A DNA stretch of 64,000 nucleotides from Cycas panzhihuaensis (Eukaryota > Plantae > Cycadophyta), in assembly GCA_023213395.1 (NCBI GenBank), contig CM041465.1, positions 213,039,741-213,103,740 of the forward strand, read 5' to 3'. A program made the position numbers and the translations under genes. The notes beneath the pieces are model-generated. The model saw only the letters and a list, made by a program, of their open reading frames with translations. It searched no databases and had not been told where the DNA came from. The first letter of the stretch is position 1. Each line of letters begins with the position of its first letter. Positions 1 through 15,449 of the stretch are shown one piece after another.

Positions 1-74
1 ACAAGTCATAATGGTGAGAGTGAAACACACTTACATATGGGATAAAACAAATGTGCATTATCAATATTCCAACA
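1..74 (-). repeat. 3' LTR (partial) of element 1-4146
   Basis: acaagtcataatggtgagagtg...tcaatattccaaca matches ~4072-4146; followed by ctcccccttaa (PPT complement). Confidence 0.9.
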
Positions 75-97
75 CTCCCCCTTAATGAACATTTGGG

Positions 98-1252
98 TTA
101 TTTGTATTTGCAACGCTTTGTCCTTGGAAATATCTTAAGAATGATGTCTTCAACTCGATCTTTGTCTTCAATCTTGTAGTGATGTCTTTGATGTAGAATG
201 ATGTCTTCATTTTGATTTTTGTCTTCAATTATGTATTGATGTCTTTGTAAGATGATATTTTCAGCTTGATTTCCATCTTCAATCTTATAGTGATGATGTT
301 GATGTAGCAGCTCTAGTAAATGTAAATCCTAGTTCTTTATTGTGGGTGGTCTAGTCTGATTATAATAAAGATCATGTAAATAACCATCTTCAAACACAAC
401 TTGCTTGTCATCATTATCCTGTATAAGTTCTTGATTACCATGTACAATAGTGATTTCTTCAACCTTAGGAGTGGAGTCTTGATTAAATTGCATACTCTTT
501 GAACTTGAATCAATGCTCAAAGAAGGAACATCATTCAAACTTGAATCAATACTTAAAGTAGGAATATCATCAATATAAGACTCATCCTTTATAGGACCAT
601 CGAATTCATATTCAATTTCTCTTGAAATCATGATGTCATATATATAAACCTTTATCAACTCAACACTTTCAACGTCTTCATCAGTAGTTGTAGTCTCATT
701 AATACATTCAACCATCGTTTCTTTACATTAAGTAGAAATTTTATTAGTACTCATACATTCTTCATCTTGACATGTCGTTTCATTAGTGGTGATGATATTT
801 TCTTAATTCATTATACCTATATCATAACCATAACTGGCCTTAATTACCTTTTCAATCATTCGTTATGTCTCTTCAGGAGTTTGTTCAAATACTTCCTTTA
901 GAAAATCCCAAGCTTCTTTAGTAGTACTTGCATGTAGAATCATAGGAATGACAAAGTGGTATTTGGAAGGAAGATTAGCCTTGTTGAATGTAGCACGAAT
1001 CATAATGAATGCATTTCTATCTTTCTTCTCAAGCATTATCTTTTCTTCTTCATCCTTAGGGATATCATATTCATCAGTAACAATCTTCCACAAACCTCTA
1101 GCTATGAATAAACATCCCATTTTAATTGTCCAAAAGAAGTAATCTTCACCATTACACTTAGGTATCAGAAGAAATGAATACTTTAAGTAATATTCATTTG
1201 TTTTAGGAACATACAAAACCACATCATTCTCCTCCATGATTGTAAATGCCAT
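98..1252 (-). pseudogene. gag: Single ancestral ORF: Copia Gag N-terminus (DUF4219/UBN2-like) + acidic linker + degenerate RNase H C-terminal tip
   Basis: Track ORFs 863-1252 (IPKCNGEDYFFWTIKM...GLWKIV...TTKEAWDFLKEVF) and 329-715 are in one frame. Manual translation runs 1252 to 98 with only four internal stops (863, 803, 728, 329), each one C>T change from CAA/CAG, and no frameshift. Confidence 0.8.
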
Positions 1253-2099
1253 TTCCTAACACCACATCCTTTTTTCAATCAACAAATTCACTTATTAATC
1301 AATCTCATCAAACTTTCTCATGTCTCATGTTCCTTACATCACTGACTTCATCATCACATCATTGCCTTATGCATCTCATATATTGCCAAATAGTCACATA
1401 CAAAGAAACACTTACTTCACCATAAAATCAAAGCTTATACCACATACATCTCATAGAAATCATGCATACTTCATGTCACCATTAAATCACCAAGACACAT
1501 CACACTTCACTTAATTGCCCAAAACATAACTCATGCCATTACACCACTCAGCAATTTTACTTCCATGTAACAAAAAACTCATCCTTCTTTGCCCATTCAA
1601 TCAACTAGAGCACATCATTAAACATGCCTAATCTCATCCTTAAACATGCTCAACAAACATCCAATCTTGTCATATAACCTCACATGCAATAAGCACCTCA
1701 TTGCCTTAAATCATCATTTTCCTCAATTTTACCTTATCATGCTTATAAAGCTCCTTCAAGTAAATCACATTCCAAGAAGTACTAAGTTGCCATATGCCAT
1801 CCAACTCATTCATGCAAACACATGCACTATTTCTTCATTAGCATACTATGTCATTGTTACAATAGCTCTCTCATACAAACACATATAAGAAAGCACTCAA
1901 ATTGCCATTAAATAATCACCATTATACATCTCAAACCATTAATAGAGTGCCAAATACATTCACATCAACATGACTTAATGTCGTCTCATATTGCAATAAT
2001 ACTCTTCCATGCACAACATACGTAAGAGAGCCTCAAACAATCACCTCATTATCATTGCCTCATTCATGTCACCACATCAATATGAAACCCTTAAATTCT

Positions 2100-3355
<1,256 letters not shown>

Positions 3356-3921
3356 CTCAAAAATGCATAAAATATGGATGGAAATAATGGCCTCTAAAAT
3401 ATAATTCCAACGATTCAGACGAAATTAAATTCTGATATGTAGAACAAAAGTTATGCTCCTTTTAAGAATTTCACAATTAGGGTTTTTATGGGCTATAATA
3501 GTACCTTCTGATAAACTACTAATAACTTTTTATTCTGAACTCTAATGAACCTCAAACCATTTCCATTAGAAAGTAAATTTTAAAATGCATAGAATCAAAA
3601 ATATTTTGAGGTCATTTGGATACATGTAGCCAAAGTTATAGCTATTTGAAGTTAAGGTTGCAGATCTGTCCCAAAAACACGACGATAGAAAAAAAATAGA
3701 CCAAAATTAATTCTACTACAATTTTTGCACTTTCACCTTAAAATCTATAGTGTGACCACTTATTTTACAGAATGAACCATTCCGTCTCAATTTCGCCATT
3801 ACTTTTTAGAAATTTCAACGTTTATTCTCTCGAATATGCTTTCAACCCTTAATGGCACCTCCCAAATCACCACTCCGATACCGAATAAAACATCTCTATT
3901 AGCCTAGGCACTCTAATACCA

Positions 3922-4146
3922 TGTTGGAAAATAGACCTATAATAAGATATTTGCAAATAGAATAAAACACACCTCCACACGATCGAACGGTACCCTTAAG
4001 GTACCTCAAATTGTACTAACAAAACATCCTTATAATAGATTAATATGATACACAATATTATACATTTATAATACAAGTCATAATGGTGAGAGTGGAAGCC
4101 ACTTGTATATGGGACAAAACAAATGTGCATTATCAATATTCCAATA
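3922..4146 (-). repeat. 5' LTR (225 bp) of element 1-4146
   Basis: TGTTGG...CCAATA (CA>TA) termini, adjacent PBS. Confidence 0.9.
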
Positions 4147-4667
4147 AGAGATATAAAAGAAACATGTGTTAACAACTACTTTTACTTATTTATTTATTTT
4201 TATAAGAATGTTTATCATTAATCAAAACAAATAGAGAATAATTAAACTCATGTGTTAGTTACTTTAAATATCAAAGGTTTATTTTATGCCTTTGAGATAT
4301 TACTTCTTTCCTTACTCCTTGTTATATGCTCTTTTACTCCTAAAATCTTCATCACCATTGGTATATACAATCATATTCTTATCCTCTCTCTAATCAAATA
4401 AGAAATAACAAGTATAATGTGAATGAAATAAGTGTGAACAATATATGCAAGATGAAGGTATATATACATTTCAACCTTTGATAAAAAATAAATAAGTTTT
4501 CCAATCTAACCTTGGGCCAAAAGCCCCTTTTCCTTTATTTAAAAAGTTTAAATACATATTTAAATGGTTGAAAATTCACTGGGTAGTTTTTCATTTAAAT
4601 AATGATTAACCACCTTTTAATGACTAATATTCAACCCATCCCTCTACACAACTGCCTCCCCCCCACC
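4147..4667 (-). mobile_element. Probable PPT/3' LTR junction of an old LTR element (Tat/Athila-like junction), host of element 1
   Basis: Minus strand reads GGTGGGGGGGAGGCAGT-TGTGTAGAG at 4667-4642; partner LTR not found. Confidence 0.35.
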
Positions 4668-6685
4668 TTTAAAAAATTAAAGATATATCATATGACTAGG
4701 TATTAATAATTAGAAGGACTAGAAACCTAAAAGTACTTAGAAACACAATAAAAACCATTAAAATTAAGTACAGGAAAGGCCTAAGACTTGGGACATATAT
4801 TGTAAAGACATGAAATCTCTCTCTCTCTCTCACTCACATACACACACACATATAAAAATAAGCACAAAGCCTTTATTTACATGAATTATTACCTAAAGAA
4901 AGACTCAAAAGAAAAAGTACAATAATATATGCCTCTCGGGCATCAAAGTCTAGTAAGGTTGAAGATGCCAATTCAAAGTCTTAAATAATTCATGATATAT
5001 TAGAAGAATGAATACTATTATATCTATGGTATAATAAATTATTAAAAAATAATCCCTAAAATATTTGAATTGAATGGAAGGATGCTAAAAGCATTTGGAA
5101 TGGTGAAGGTGATATTAAAATGATAGCCTTTATATATTGCAACACTAAAACTCTATATAATCAAAGATAGTTAATGAATATGAACTTTCCAATATCAAAT
5201 CCTTAAAAGGATGTTTGAAAGTATATTACTTATGAATCTAAACTACTTTTAAAGAACCTAAGATGAATCTAGAACTATATGTAAGTTATTATTCAAACTA
5301 ATCCAAAAGCTGTGAGAAAAATATAACTATGGATGTGAGTCATATATCAACACTAAAACTAGTTATATAAAATATCTCAAACTAATAAAGTAAAAATAAA
5401 ATTACTATTACGTGAGGACATATGAGTCTAAGAATTAGGACCTAAAGCCATAAATAAAAGGTGGATCCTAAAAATTAGTGAGTGTTAATTATTAAAAAAG
5501 TCTAATACTATGATAAAAATATATTTAAAATTATTGATGACAAGGATGGATCAATATAATGTCTATTAGAAAAGATCATATCACTATACTCGCATAAAAG
5601 AGAGAAGTCTACTCTCCATAAGTGTGAAAGCATAAATATTTTTGTATTAAAGATTTACCAAAGGGAGGGCATAAAAGAAAACTACACTTATAAAACTAGA
5701 ACATAAGTTATGTTAAACCATGTTGAAAGATGGAAAAGGTGTTTGCTTTATATTTTGAGAAATGGATCCATCAACATGCCAAAAATAAGTAATAAATAGT
5801 ATTACTATAAGAGAAGAAAATAAAATTTTCACCAAATATATAAAACTAGCATCAAGGGGATCTATTGTTAAAAGCAAACGATAGAAGTTCATAAAAACCA
5901 AAATAAGGTATCAACTACATAGAATCATAATTGATACTGGCACATAAAGTTATATAATCAAGAAGTATATGCTGTTAGAACTAGCACCTACAAGGGATCT
6001 ATTATTGAAACTAGAGAGTGTAGATAGTTGGTGATAAAGTAAAAAGAATGGATATACTTACAAAATACATGGTGTTGTTATTCAAATGGAAAGAAGATGC
6101 TACTAAAATTGGAACATAAAAAAATGATTGCTCTTAAAATATACCATTGCTATTAGAGATAAAGATGATTAGTGCCTATAAAGATGAAATATAAATAAAA
6201 GAAAATGTGAGAGAGTTCATCCTTTGAGAATGATCTATGAGTAGTAACATGACTTAATGTAGATGCAAGTAATCCCCCAACCTAAATTATAATGATGTTG
6301 ACTCAATAATAAAGCATGTAAATGGAGTCTCTTAAGAATAGTTCAATGGTATCTTAAACTCTTTGATAGTATGTTACTTAGCTCAATTGAATCTAGGGAT
6401 AGGGTCATGGAAGGGAGATGGTTCTAAACTCTTATTTTTCCTTTATGACAAAGTGATATCAAAATGGCTTAATGTGACTTGATTAACTCAAAAACTTGTG
6501 TAATTAGATTAAATATCTATGTGAGCCTATACATAGAGAACATATATCAAGAATCTAAAAGAAAATCATTTTCTAAATGAAAAATAATGATTCCTAAATG
6601 GATATCTTTGATCAATTTATTTTTATAAGTACTTATTGACTAATTCAACGATATCAACTTGAATAACTATTGGATGTAAATTACA

Positions 6686-9600
6686 ATTCACCCCTCCTTA
6701 AGATATTTCATCCTCAAAATAATCATTCTATAATGCAAGGTGTCTTTTAACTAAGTATTCTCTTATGGTCCTTCTCCATAATGCCTTTTCTTATGTTTAA
6801 ATTATAGACTCGAGGATGAGGATTAACCTTCCCTCCTCATCCATCATTAGAATTTAGGCCTAAATTGGTACATGTTCTGCTAATGTGTTCTTTAAACATG
6901 ATACATTAATGGTATTGTGTATCTTAGTAGAGGTTAGAAGTTAAAAGTTATAATGCATATGCTACTTAGATGATCCTCTTCTAGATTAAATATGGCCCAA
7001 AGAACCTATGGCTAAGTTTTTCTCTTCATATTATTTTAAAGGAGATATGCTTATAAGGTTATAAATGGATGTCTACCTAGTCATCTATATTAATTTTTTT
7101 CTCTATTTTATGTTTATCTACTTATTGTTTCATTCTATTTTATACTATTGTTAAGTGCTCTTTTAAGATTTATAGATATCTTATAAATAATCTTCTAATA
7201 TTGCCATATGATTGTTCTTAAATACCCATTCTTTGGAAGATGTTAGGTCACAACCATAGAGGGCCTTCAATGGAGATATTTGGATGGCTGAGTGGTATAT
7301 GAAATTGTACTAAGCTTTTGTAAGATATAACCAACTAATCTAGGTGCCTTACTTATTAGTGACATAGTTCCTTAAATAACTTTTAAAACATGTGTTAACC
7401 ACTTCTATTTATTTGTTTATTTATGAGTGATAACTAAAGCTCATGGATATTATGATCTTAACCTATTTAAATAAATCTTGCTAGAAATAACTAATAAATT
7501 TAGGATCCTAGTCATAAATGATTATATGCGATAACCCATGTAATCTATGTATTTCTATCATAAATATTTCTATAATTTGGGGACCCTTATAAGTTGACTA
7601 ATAACCATGAAGTATGTAACACATGATCAATATATCAACTACCACAAAAATTACATCCTTGCTTTAGAATAACATTTGTCCTATCATAAAATCCTTGTTG
7701 ATACTTCCATATTTTTGTTATGGGATGGGTAATGGTTATAATAGGCTAGATTAGGCTATTTTTATATTTATTTGCTTAGTAGAGTAGGAATTTTATGGTG
7801 TATTTTTAGATGTCCTTCTTTATGCCTTTCTAGAATAATGACTATATACATGCAAGGTATATTTTAAAAAATCAAATTTATCCTACCATTATTATTGACT
7901 GACATTCTTCCATGATTTCTATCTTAAGATTAAAATCTAAGTCTAGGATGATTCTTTCCTTATGTTAGATGAGATCAATTTTTTGTTTGAAGTTACTGTA
8001 TAAGCCTTAAAATATTTCTATAATTAATTCTTAGATTTTGGCACCTTTACTTATTCAACCTAAAGATCAATTACCCAATTAGTATTAAGCATGATTACAA
8101 CATATAATTATGGATCTTAGTCTCCTTCCCTTTGAGAGAGTGCATCGATAATGATATTTAGTTCTACTTCTTATTGGAAATGTCAAAGTCATAAGCCTAT
8201 ATTTTACTAATATATTTTTTCTATTTTAAAAAGTATTAGAGACTATTATGATCTATTTTAACTATGAATTTATTCCCTAAAGGATATTACTACCATTTTT
8301 CTAGGGTATATATTACAACTAATATTTTCTTATCATAATCTAAATGAACTTGTTCTCTTATATTTAGTTTCCTACTTTCATAAGTAATGGATTTTTCTTC
8401 TTATTTAAGTGTAATGTTGATACTTGTTCTTGAGGTGTTACACTTAAGGATAAAAGGCATTTGAAAATCTAGGGATATTAGTATGGGAATAGTCACCATT
8501 ACTTTATTTAATTATTTGAAGAATTCCTTGGTCTTTATTCTCCATTATAAGGAGTCTTTCTTTGGGAATTCTAAAAAAGTCACAATTCATTATGCATATT
8601 TTTTTATAAATCATTAATAATATCCTAGGAGTCTTAGTAACCACTTTAGTCTATGGATATTCTTAAGTGTGACTTATTCTAAGATAACTTTAATCTTTGT
8701 GATGTTTATCTTAACTCCTTCTCTAGAGATGATATTATCTAATTACTCCATCTTTTATTTTATAAAATCACACTTGGAGTATTTTACATATAAATATTGG
8801 GAAACACCACATATGTAAACATGTATAAGATTGTTTATAAACATAATAGACTTAAAGAGAATATACATACATGGGACAAATAGATTTGACATGGGAATTC
8901 TTGTGAGAAAAACCCACCATAAAATAATATAATTATTACATTTTTACAAATCTATCATATTTCAATACAATAGACTTTGATCTATATTTATAGATCATAA
9001 GTATCTAGAATAATATATTAACTTACATTCATCGACTTATTACATTATAATAATATCAAAATCATCTGCTCATAATATCACCACATTAACAATAGTTAGT
9101 ATGGAGATAATATCACTCTAACATCCCCTCTTAATGTGCATGTGTAGCCTTAAAAGTCTCCCCTTGAAATCTTGGACTATAAATTTATCCTTACCGATAG
9201 ATCCCCTCTCAAGGATAACCTCTCCCAATATGTATGAATGTCAATGTACCAATCTTTAGTAAGAGCTTGGTGACCATGTCTTCAAGTTGATCTTTACTTG
9301 GATAAATTTTAACTTGTATCTTTTTTAAGTTTATCTACTCTTGGATGTAATGGTGTTATGCCTTGTATGTACATGATTCCTTGGAAATACTCTAACAATC
9401 CTTGTAAGCATACAACTCTCTCTCTTGCACTAACACTTAATCAATAATATTGAACCTTTATTCTTCACTAAACCAAGAGGTTAAGCCACTTATACCATAT
9501 AGATATCCTCTTCAAGTCTTAGTTAAGGAATGTTGATATGATGTGTCTCCCAACTATATGCAGCTACTAAAGTAAGGATCAAACAAACTAATAATATAGT

Positions 9601-12600
9601 GATAAGTGCAAATGTCTTCTCATACCTAAATCCTTCTTCCTGTAATCTCAAATATAACTCTTCATTGTAAATATCTGCTTGCTAAAATGTAGGTATTTAT
9701 CATAAGATTAACTAGCATACTAATCCTTAATCTTTAATCATCCTCTAGGTCTTCAACTATTAATGGAATATGGGTTGCAATATGTGTCTCTTCTTGAAAT
9801 AACTCCTCATCATCACTCCCATTAGGTCTTGCTTCTATATCAAATACAATATTAGGTAAACAAATCTCTATACCTACTGAACCTGGGTCACAAAGGAAAG
9901 AAATAAAGGATAAATCCTGCTTTCTAATGATACTTAAATATGATATGTCAATAACTCTTCAAATTGGCATCTATACTAATCATAATACTTTGCCTTATAG
10001 ATCACATAATTTTTAAGCTTTGTTTCAAAAAATCCCATATAAATAGACTTTAAACTCTTGCAATCCTACTATTGTGATCTTCATCTAAGATGTGTGCACT
10101 CCAGTGTACCTTAAATATGATGGAAGGTTTGACTGGTCTAACACAACGTGGGGGTAATACCATGAATAGCCTCAATAGGTACATGTTAAAGCTATTGTAA
10201 TAGCTTTTACCATAAAATATGGGAGGTAAACTCTATCAATGCACTAAACACCTCCACATCACATCATGGTATTATTCTTCACCTGTAACTCAATGGGGTC
10301 CTTAGGACATCTAAATCTCGTTTCATACCATGACAAAGGCAGAACTAATTTTAAGGCTTCTCATCATACACCTTTTTATTCATACTTTAATTTTATCACA
10401 AACACACTATCAGTTCTATATTGGACTTGTTTAGATATGCACACAAGTTGAACCAACATCTAAGAAGCAATAAACCCTCATGCTAGTATCAGTTCAACCA
10501 CCCAAAGTATAATGGTCCACTAACAAACTAATAACCACTTATACAAATAGGCCACAAAATTATATTTTTGAACTACTTTACTATACTCACTTGATGTAAG
10601 AATACCTTATATAAATTATGAATAAAACACCATCACTTTTAAATGAATAAACCACACCTTGATAATATATGTGTAATGATCTATAACCACTCAATAATAT
10701 TTGCTTATCATGTAGCTTAGGTATCTCAATACAACTTGCCCATTTCTCACCCTCCTATCAATTAATAAAATACAACACTAACATCGATAGCTCTTGGCCT
10801 TTAATTACCTTGCCCTCTTATCAATAAGTGAACAATACTGACATTGATAACTCTCACCTATTAAACTCCCTTATGTAATCATATGCAAGAGAGTATGTTA
10901 TCACTACATATCACCAAATAATCACTAATAAAGTGTTTAAAACACTCACATTACCATGTCTTAATGTCACTTCATATCGTCATTAAATCCCCAACACATA
11001 TTACATAACCATCATAATATGCCCACTTAAACAAAAAAGGGTCAAATCTCATCCAATGATACCTTAAATATCACAGATAACTTAAGGAAATCAATGCAAC
11101 CACTCGATATATTGATAAACCTTTGATCAAAAAATTAATATATTAATGACTACAAAAAAGATCAACCAATAACTTTAAAAGGGCAATTGAATAATGATTT
11201 ATTATGTAAGATATATCATAGGCAACCTCTATATATGATACATCAATATACAATTGATTTATATCAAAAATATATTAATGCCAAAAATATTAATATATGA
11301 TGAAATCGTTCTTGGTGATCCAAAAACATAAAGTGACAAGCGACTCAAATAATATATTAATCGATGACTTAATACAATTATTGACTTTGTAAAATATATC
11401 AATGGTATACGATTAATAAATTTATTTAGTGTAGGTGATTAATATGTTTATCGCATAAATAAAATTATCATGATGAAGAAAATGGTAAACCATGATTAAA
11501 TCATTCTAGAGATGGAAAATATTAATTAGAAAATTTTAAAAATAGGCAACCCAATATATAATATCAATTAGCAATGATGAATTAATACATAAATGCATCG
11601 CAATAGCCAGTTATATATTTCATTCGCAAATGGAGTCTTCAAAAAATAATCAAATGCACCAAAAATTATAAATATAATAATTATGAAATTACCTTAGTTG
11701 ACTAGCATTTCATATTATTACTCCCACATTGTAATTTTATACCTCTATGTCTCTATGGCTTTGTAAACAACTCTATAACTATTCTCCCAGGGCATCTACT
11801 CTACACAAGGATTGTAACCATACACTCCATAGTTGATATGCCTCTCAATTAAGCTACAAGCTTAATGGCATTAAGTATAAATAGATTTGGCACCTTCAAC
11901 AGGCTCAAAATGGGTATTAATGGCTAACAACAGAGTAATCAAAAGCTTCTTATTCAAAATAGGTATCACCAGCACTTGCATAAATTAACACAACCTCTTC
12001 TACTCATTCACACACCTCCGTAGACCATAGAATCCATATAAAACATAAAAGAGAAGACTCATAGATCTGCATGTGATCATTTGCACCTTTGTGGCAGTTC
12101 CTTTGATCATTGAATAAGTTGATCCTCAATGGTTAGCCTGCATAACCTGGCAACTAATGATCAAATGATCTAGATAACATACATCTACTTGTGCACCTCA
12201 TGTCACTCAGATACCATATTGAGAAATACCATATATGCAAATAGATATAAGATTATTTATAAACATAATAGATTTGAAGAGAACATGCATACATGAGATA
12301 AATAGATTTAACATAAGAACCCTTATGGGAAAAACCCACCACAAAATAATATAATTATCACATTTTTATAAATCTATTACTTTTTAATACAATGGACTTT
12401 GATCTATATTTATGGATCATAAGTGTCTTAAATAATGCACAACATCCATTACCTTATTGTATCATAATAATATCAACATTATCCACTCATAATATCACCA
12501 CATTAACATTAGTCAATATGGAGATAATATCACTCTAACAATAAATAATTTTCTTATAGTAGGTTTAAGACCTTCTTGATGTGAATGGTGTGTTCTTTCA

Positions 12601-14480
12601 ACTACCTACAATTTATTAGAATATAATCAAAGAAGATAAGTGTAAATTTCTGTAAGAATGATGTTAGAATCCTACTCATCATTGCTTGGAATATCAATGA
12701 AGCATTTGTGAGGCCAAAAGGCATTACTTTAAACTCATAATGGGTATGATAGATACATAAAATTTCTCTTTTAGTGTCTTCTTTTCTAATCCTAATTTAG
12801 TGTTATTAGGAATGAAGATTATTTTTTTATGAAATATGTAGCTCCATGGAACTCATCTAGTAATTCACCAGAATTTTAAATTGGAAAGTGACTTTTGTAT
12901 TATGGCCTTATTGAGGACATGATAATGGATGCATATATAAAATAGACCATATTTTTTTCCTAACTAGGATGACTAACACCACAAATAGGCTTTTTCTAAT
13001 TATTATTACTCTATACTCTAGTAATTCTTGTATTATTTTTCTTATCTCATTTCTATAATGACAGATATTTATAAGGTTTAACCATTGTGGGGTTTGTGCC
13101 ATACTCTAATTCAATTACATATTCCATTCCATAATTAGGGGATAGCCCTATAGGGAGATCTTAGAAAACTTCCTCATATTTATTAAATATTTCCTATACT
13201 TATGACTTGTCCTTAACTTCCTCCCCTGATTTTGCTTATAGTGAGAAAAATTAGTCTACAACATCTTTTATATCCCTTATGTATGAATTTTCCCATTTGA
13301 TATAATGTTACTATGTTCATTTCTATAAGTCATTATTCTTATAGTATGATTTGTTATCCCTACACAAGTATATTACATAAAGAGATCATCTAAATTTACT
13401 TCAATAAGTTTGAGTGTTCATAACCATTGGTATCACTATGCCTACTCTACCTACCAACTATATCATAAAAGTTTTCATTCAAGGTTATATCTTTGATTTC
13501 TATTTTAAAGTTTTAAAGCTTGTCTTACCCTAATGTTTCCAACTTGCTACTAATACCTACTTAGAACTTGGATATACTGGTTGGAAATAACTTCAAATAT
13601 TGGGTTACAAATTAGTCCATGTAATTATGGGTGCTTCCTTACTCAACCAAGATTATTACTAGTTTCTTCTTATTATCATCATAAATTAAGTGTGCAATAT
13701 TAACCTCAATATTATCGAGAAGGATATCTGAGGAAAATCTTCTTCTATATTTTGGGTTTCTTATAAAAATTCTAAATTAACTTTTCCACCCTTTATTTCT
13801 TCTACTAGTTGTAGTTTTATTATATTAATTTAATTCCTAGCGAATCTATATATTAGACCTTCTTCCTGCATTTGAAACAAAGGCTTTTCCTTCTAAGTTC
13901 TCCTTATTCTACCTTCAAATATTATAATGTTGGCACCTAAACTTAAACTCTCTTATTATCTATATATTTTGTCCCTTAACATCTATGGATTTACTTTCAT
14001 TTTTTCATGTGAATAAGGGGACATAAATATTTTACTTAGTATTATGTAGCATGTTGGCCTTTTTTCCAAAATTGTGAGCCAAAATCATGACCTTGTTTAG
14101 GTTTCATGGGGTAATGGTTTAGACATTTACTTAAACATCCATAGAGAGACCATCAATATATTACTAAATTTGCCTATCCTTGGGAATATTTCTTGCTACA
14201 TATACCATGGCTATTTTCCTTAACTTTCTTAACTCATAATAATAGTCTATATTAGTTGTAGTTTAACTTGACAAATTCATCCTAATAGGGGATTTAGTTC
14301 ATAAAGTTAATTCATTATAAACTTTGCCACCATTCACATGTGATGGCATCCAAGGGCAAGGTGGAAAAACAAACCTTCTCATTACCCTTAATTTCTACTA
14401 ATAAGAAGTATTTCTCTATTTATTGAATCAAGATTTTGGGTTTGTAAGAACCTTACTCCTTGTTAAAATGCTATGTTGTT
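6686..14480 (-). mobile_element. Decayed Ty3/Gypsy chromovirus (Reina-like) gag-pol, interrupted by 8795-12540
   Basis: Minus-strand RT relic HYEFKVMPFGLTNAS...LIFFDYILI (~12615-12750; FFDD-type motif), gag relic ~14100-14450, RNase H/integrase relics ~7000-8790, PPT AAGGAGGGGTGAAT-TGTAA at ~6700-6681. Ends approximate. Confidence 0.75.
8795..12540 (-). mobile_element. Non-autonomous Copia deletion derivative lacking RT (family copy A)
   Basis: LTRs 8795-9123 and 12217-12540; TSD ATAAA (8790-8794/12541-12545); PBS TGGTATCTGAG 12216-12206; PPT TAAGAGGGGA next to 9123; RNase H C-terminal relic (DQLEDMVTK) ~9270-9300 and integrase relic ~10050-10350. Confidence 0.9.
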
Positions 14481-15449
14481 AATTTCTTTAACTTTTTTTT
14501 CTAAGGTGTTTGAGGGATTTTACAACCAAAAGACATGACCCCATGGTTTAAAAAATTTATCAACTACTTCCTTCCACATGAAGTATGGAAAAATGCCATG
14601 GTGATTATGAATGAAGAATTATATGTGCATATTTCCAAAATGTAAGTAGTACTCAAAATGTTATCTTATACTTATCATTTACAAATAGAAGTACATTTTA
14701 CCCCAATACCATTGGTTAAAATATATGAATCCTACCACCAAGGGAACGAATGAAGCATGATAAATTGATGTTGATGAATTTAATAAATACTTTGTAAAAA
14801 GATAAGCATTATGACCCTACAATATAAGACCTCCCTTTAGAATTTTATAAAATGCAAAATAAGGATAGACATTAGATCATTTTAATGTAACACCTCCCTT
14901 TATGTTTTTGTAAAAACTAGAATCTATAATAGTAAAGTAATAAATACCATCCATAAAGTGGAATGCCATGTATGGATAAGACCTCACTTCTTGAATGACC
15001 TAGGAAAAATGGAGGCAGTGTTATAAGTAAAAAATTCTTCTACACATGGAAGCTTAGTTTTATTAGAGATGCATTAAGATTAAAATATATTTAAAAAGTG
15101 AATTCTATAAAAAAAAAAATTATGAAGAATAATGAATTTTTTCTATTAAATTTTAAGTAATTAATTATGTCTATGGAGATTAAGTTATAGTTCTAGAATG
15201 CAATTTTATATTGTTCAAATCATCAAATGGTATCAAATCCATAAGTGAGTAGATCATTATGTATTTTGTGTGACCATTAGTGATTATATGTTATGAATTA
15301 CTTCTTGTATTACTAAAAAAAGTCTTAAATGGTCTATTATAACATTTTTCCTGTCACATTTTAAAGTGTTGAGGGCACCTTCGCTCAAAGAAGCTGCAAA
15401 TAAGTGAGTTAGTAATGATTTGATTAGTTTACAGAAATATTTTTCAATC

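Noticed and set aside
4668-6680. Possible antisense or extra ORF in the 3' region of a Tat-like element
   Set aside because: A-rich and full of stops; no recognisable motif.
14500-15440. Possible LINE endonuclease-end relic (LDHF, PFMF-like peptides)
   Set aside because: Too decayed to support without a profile search.
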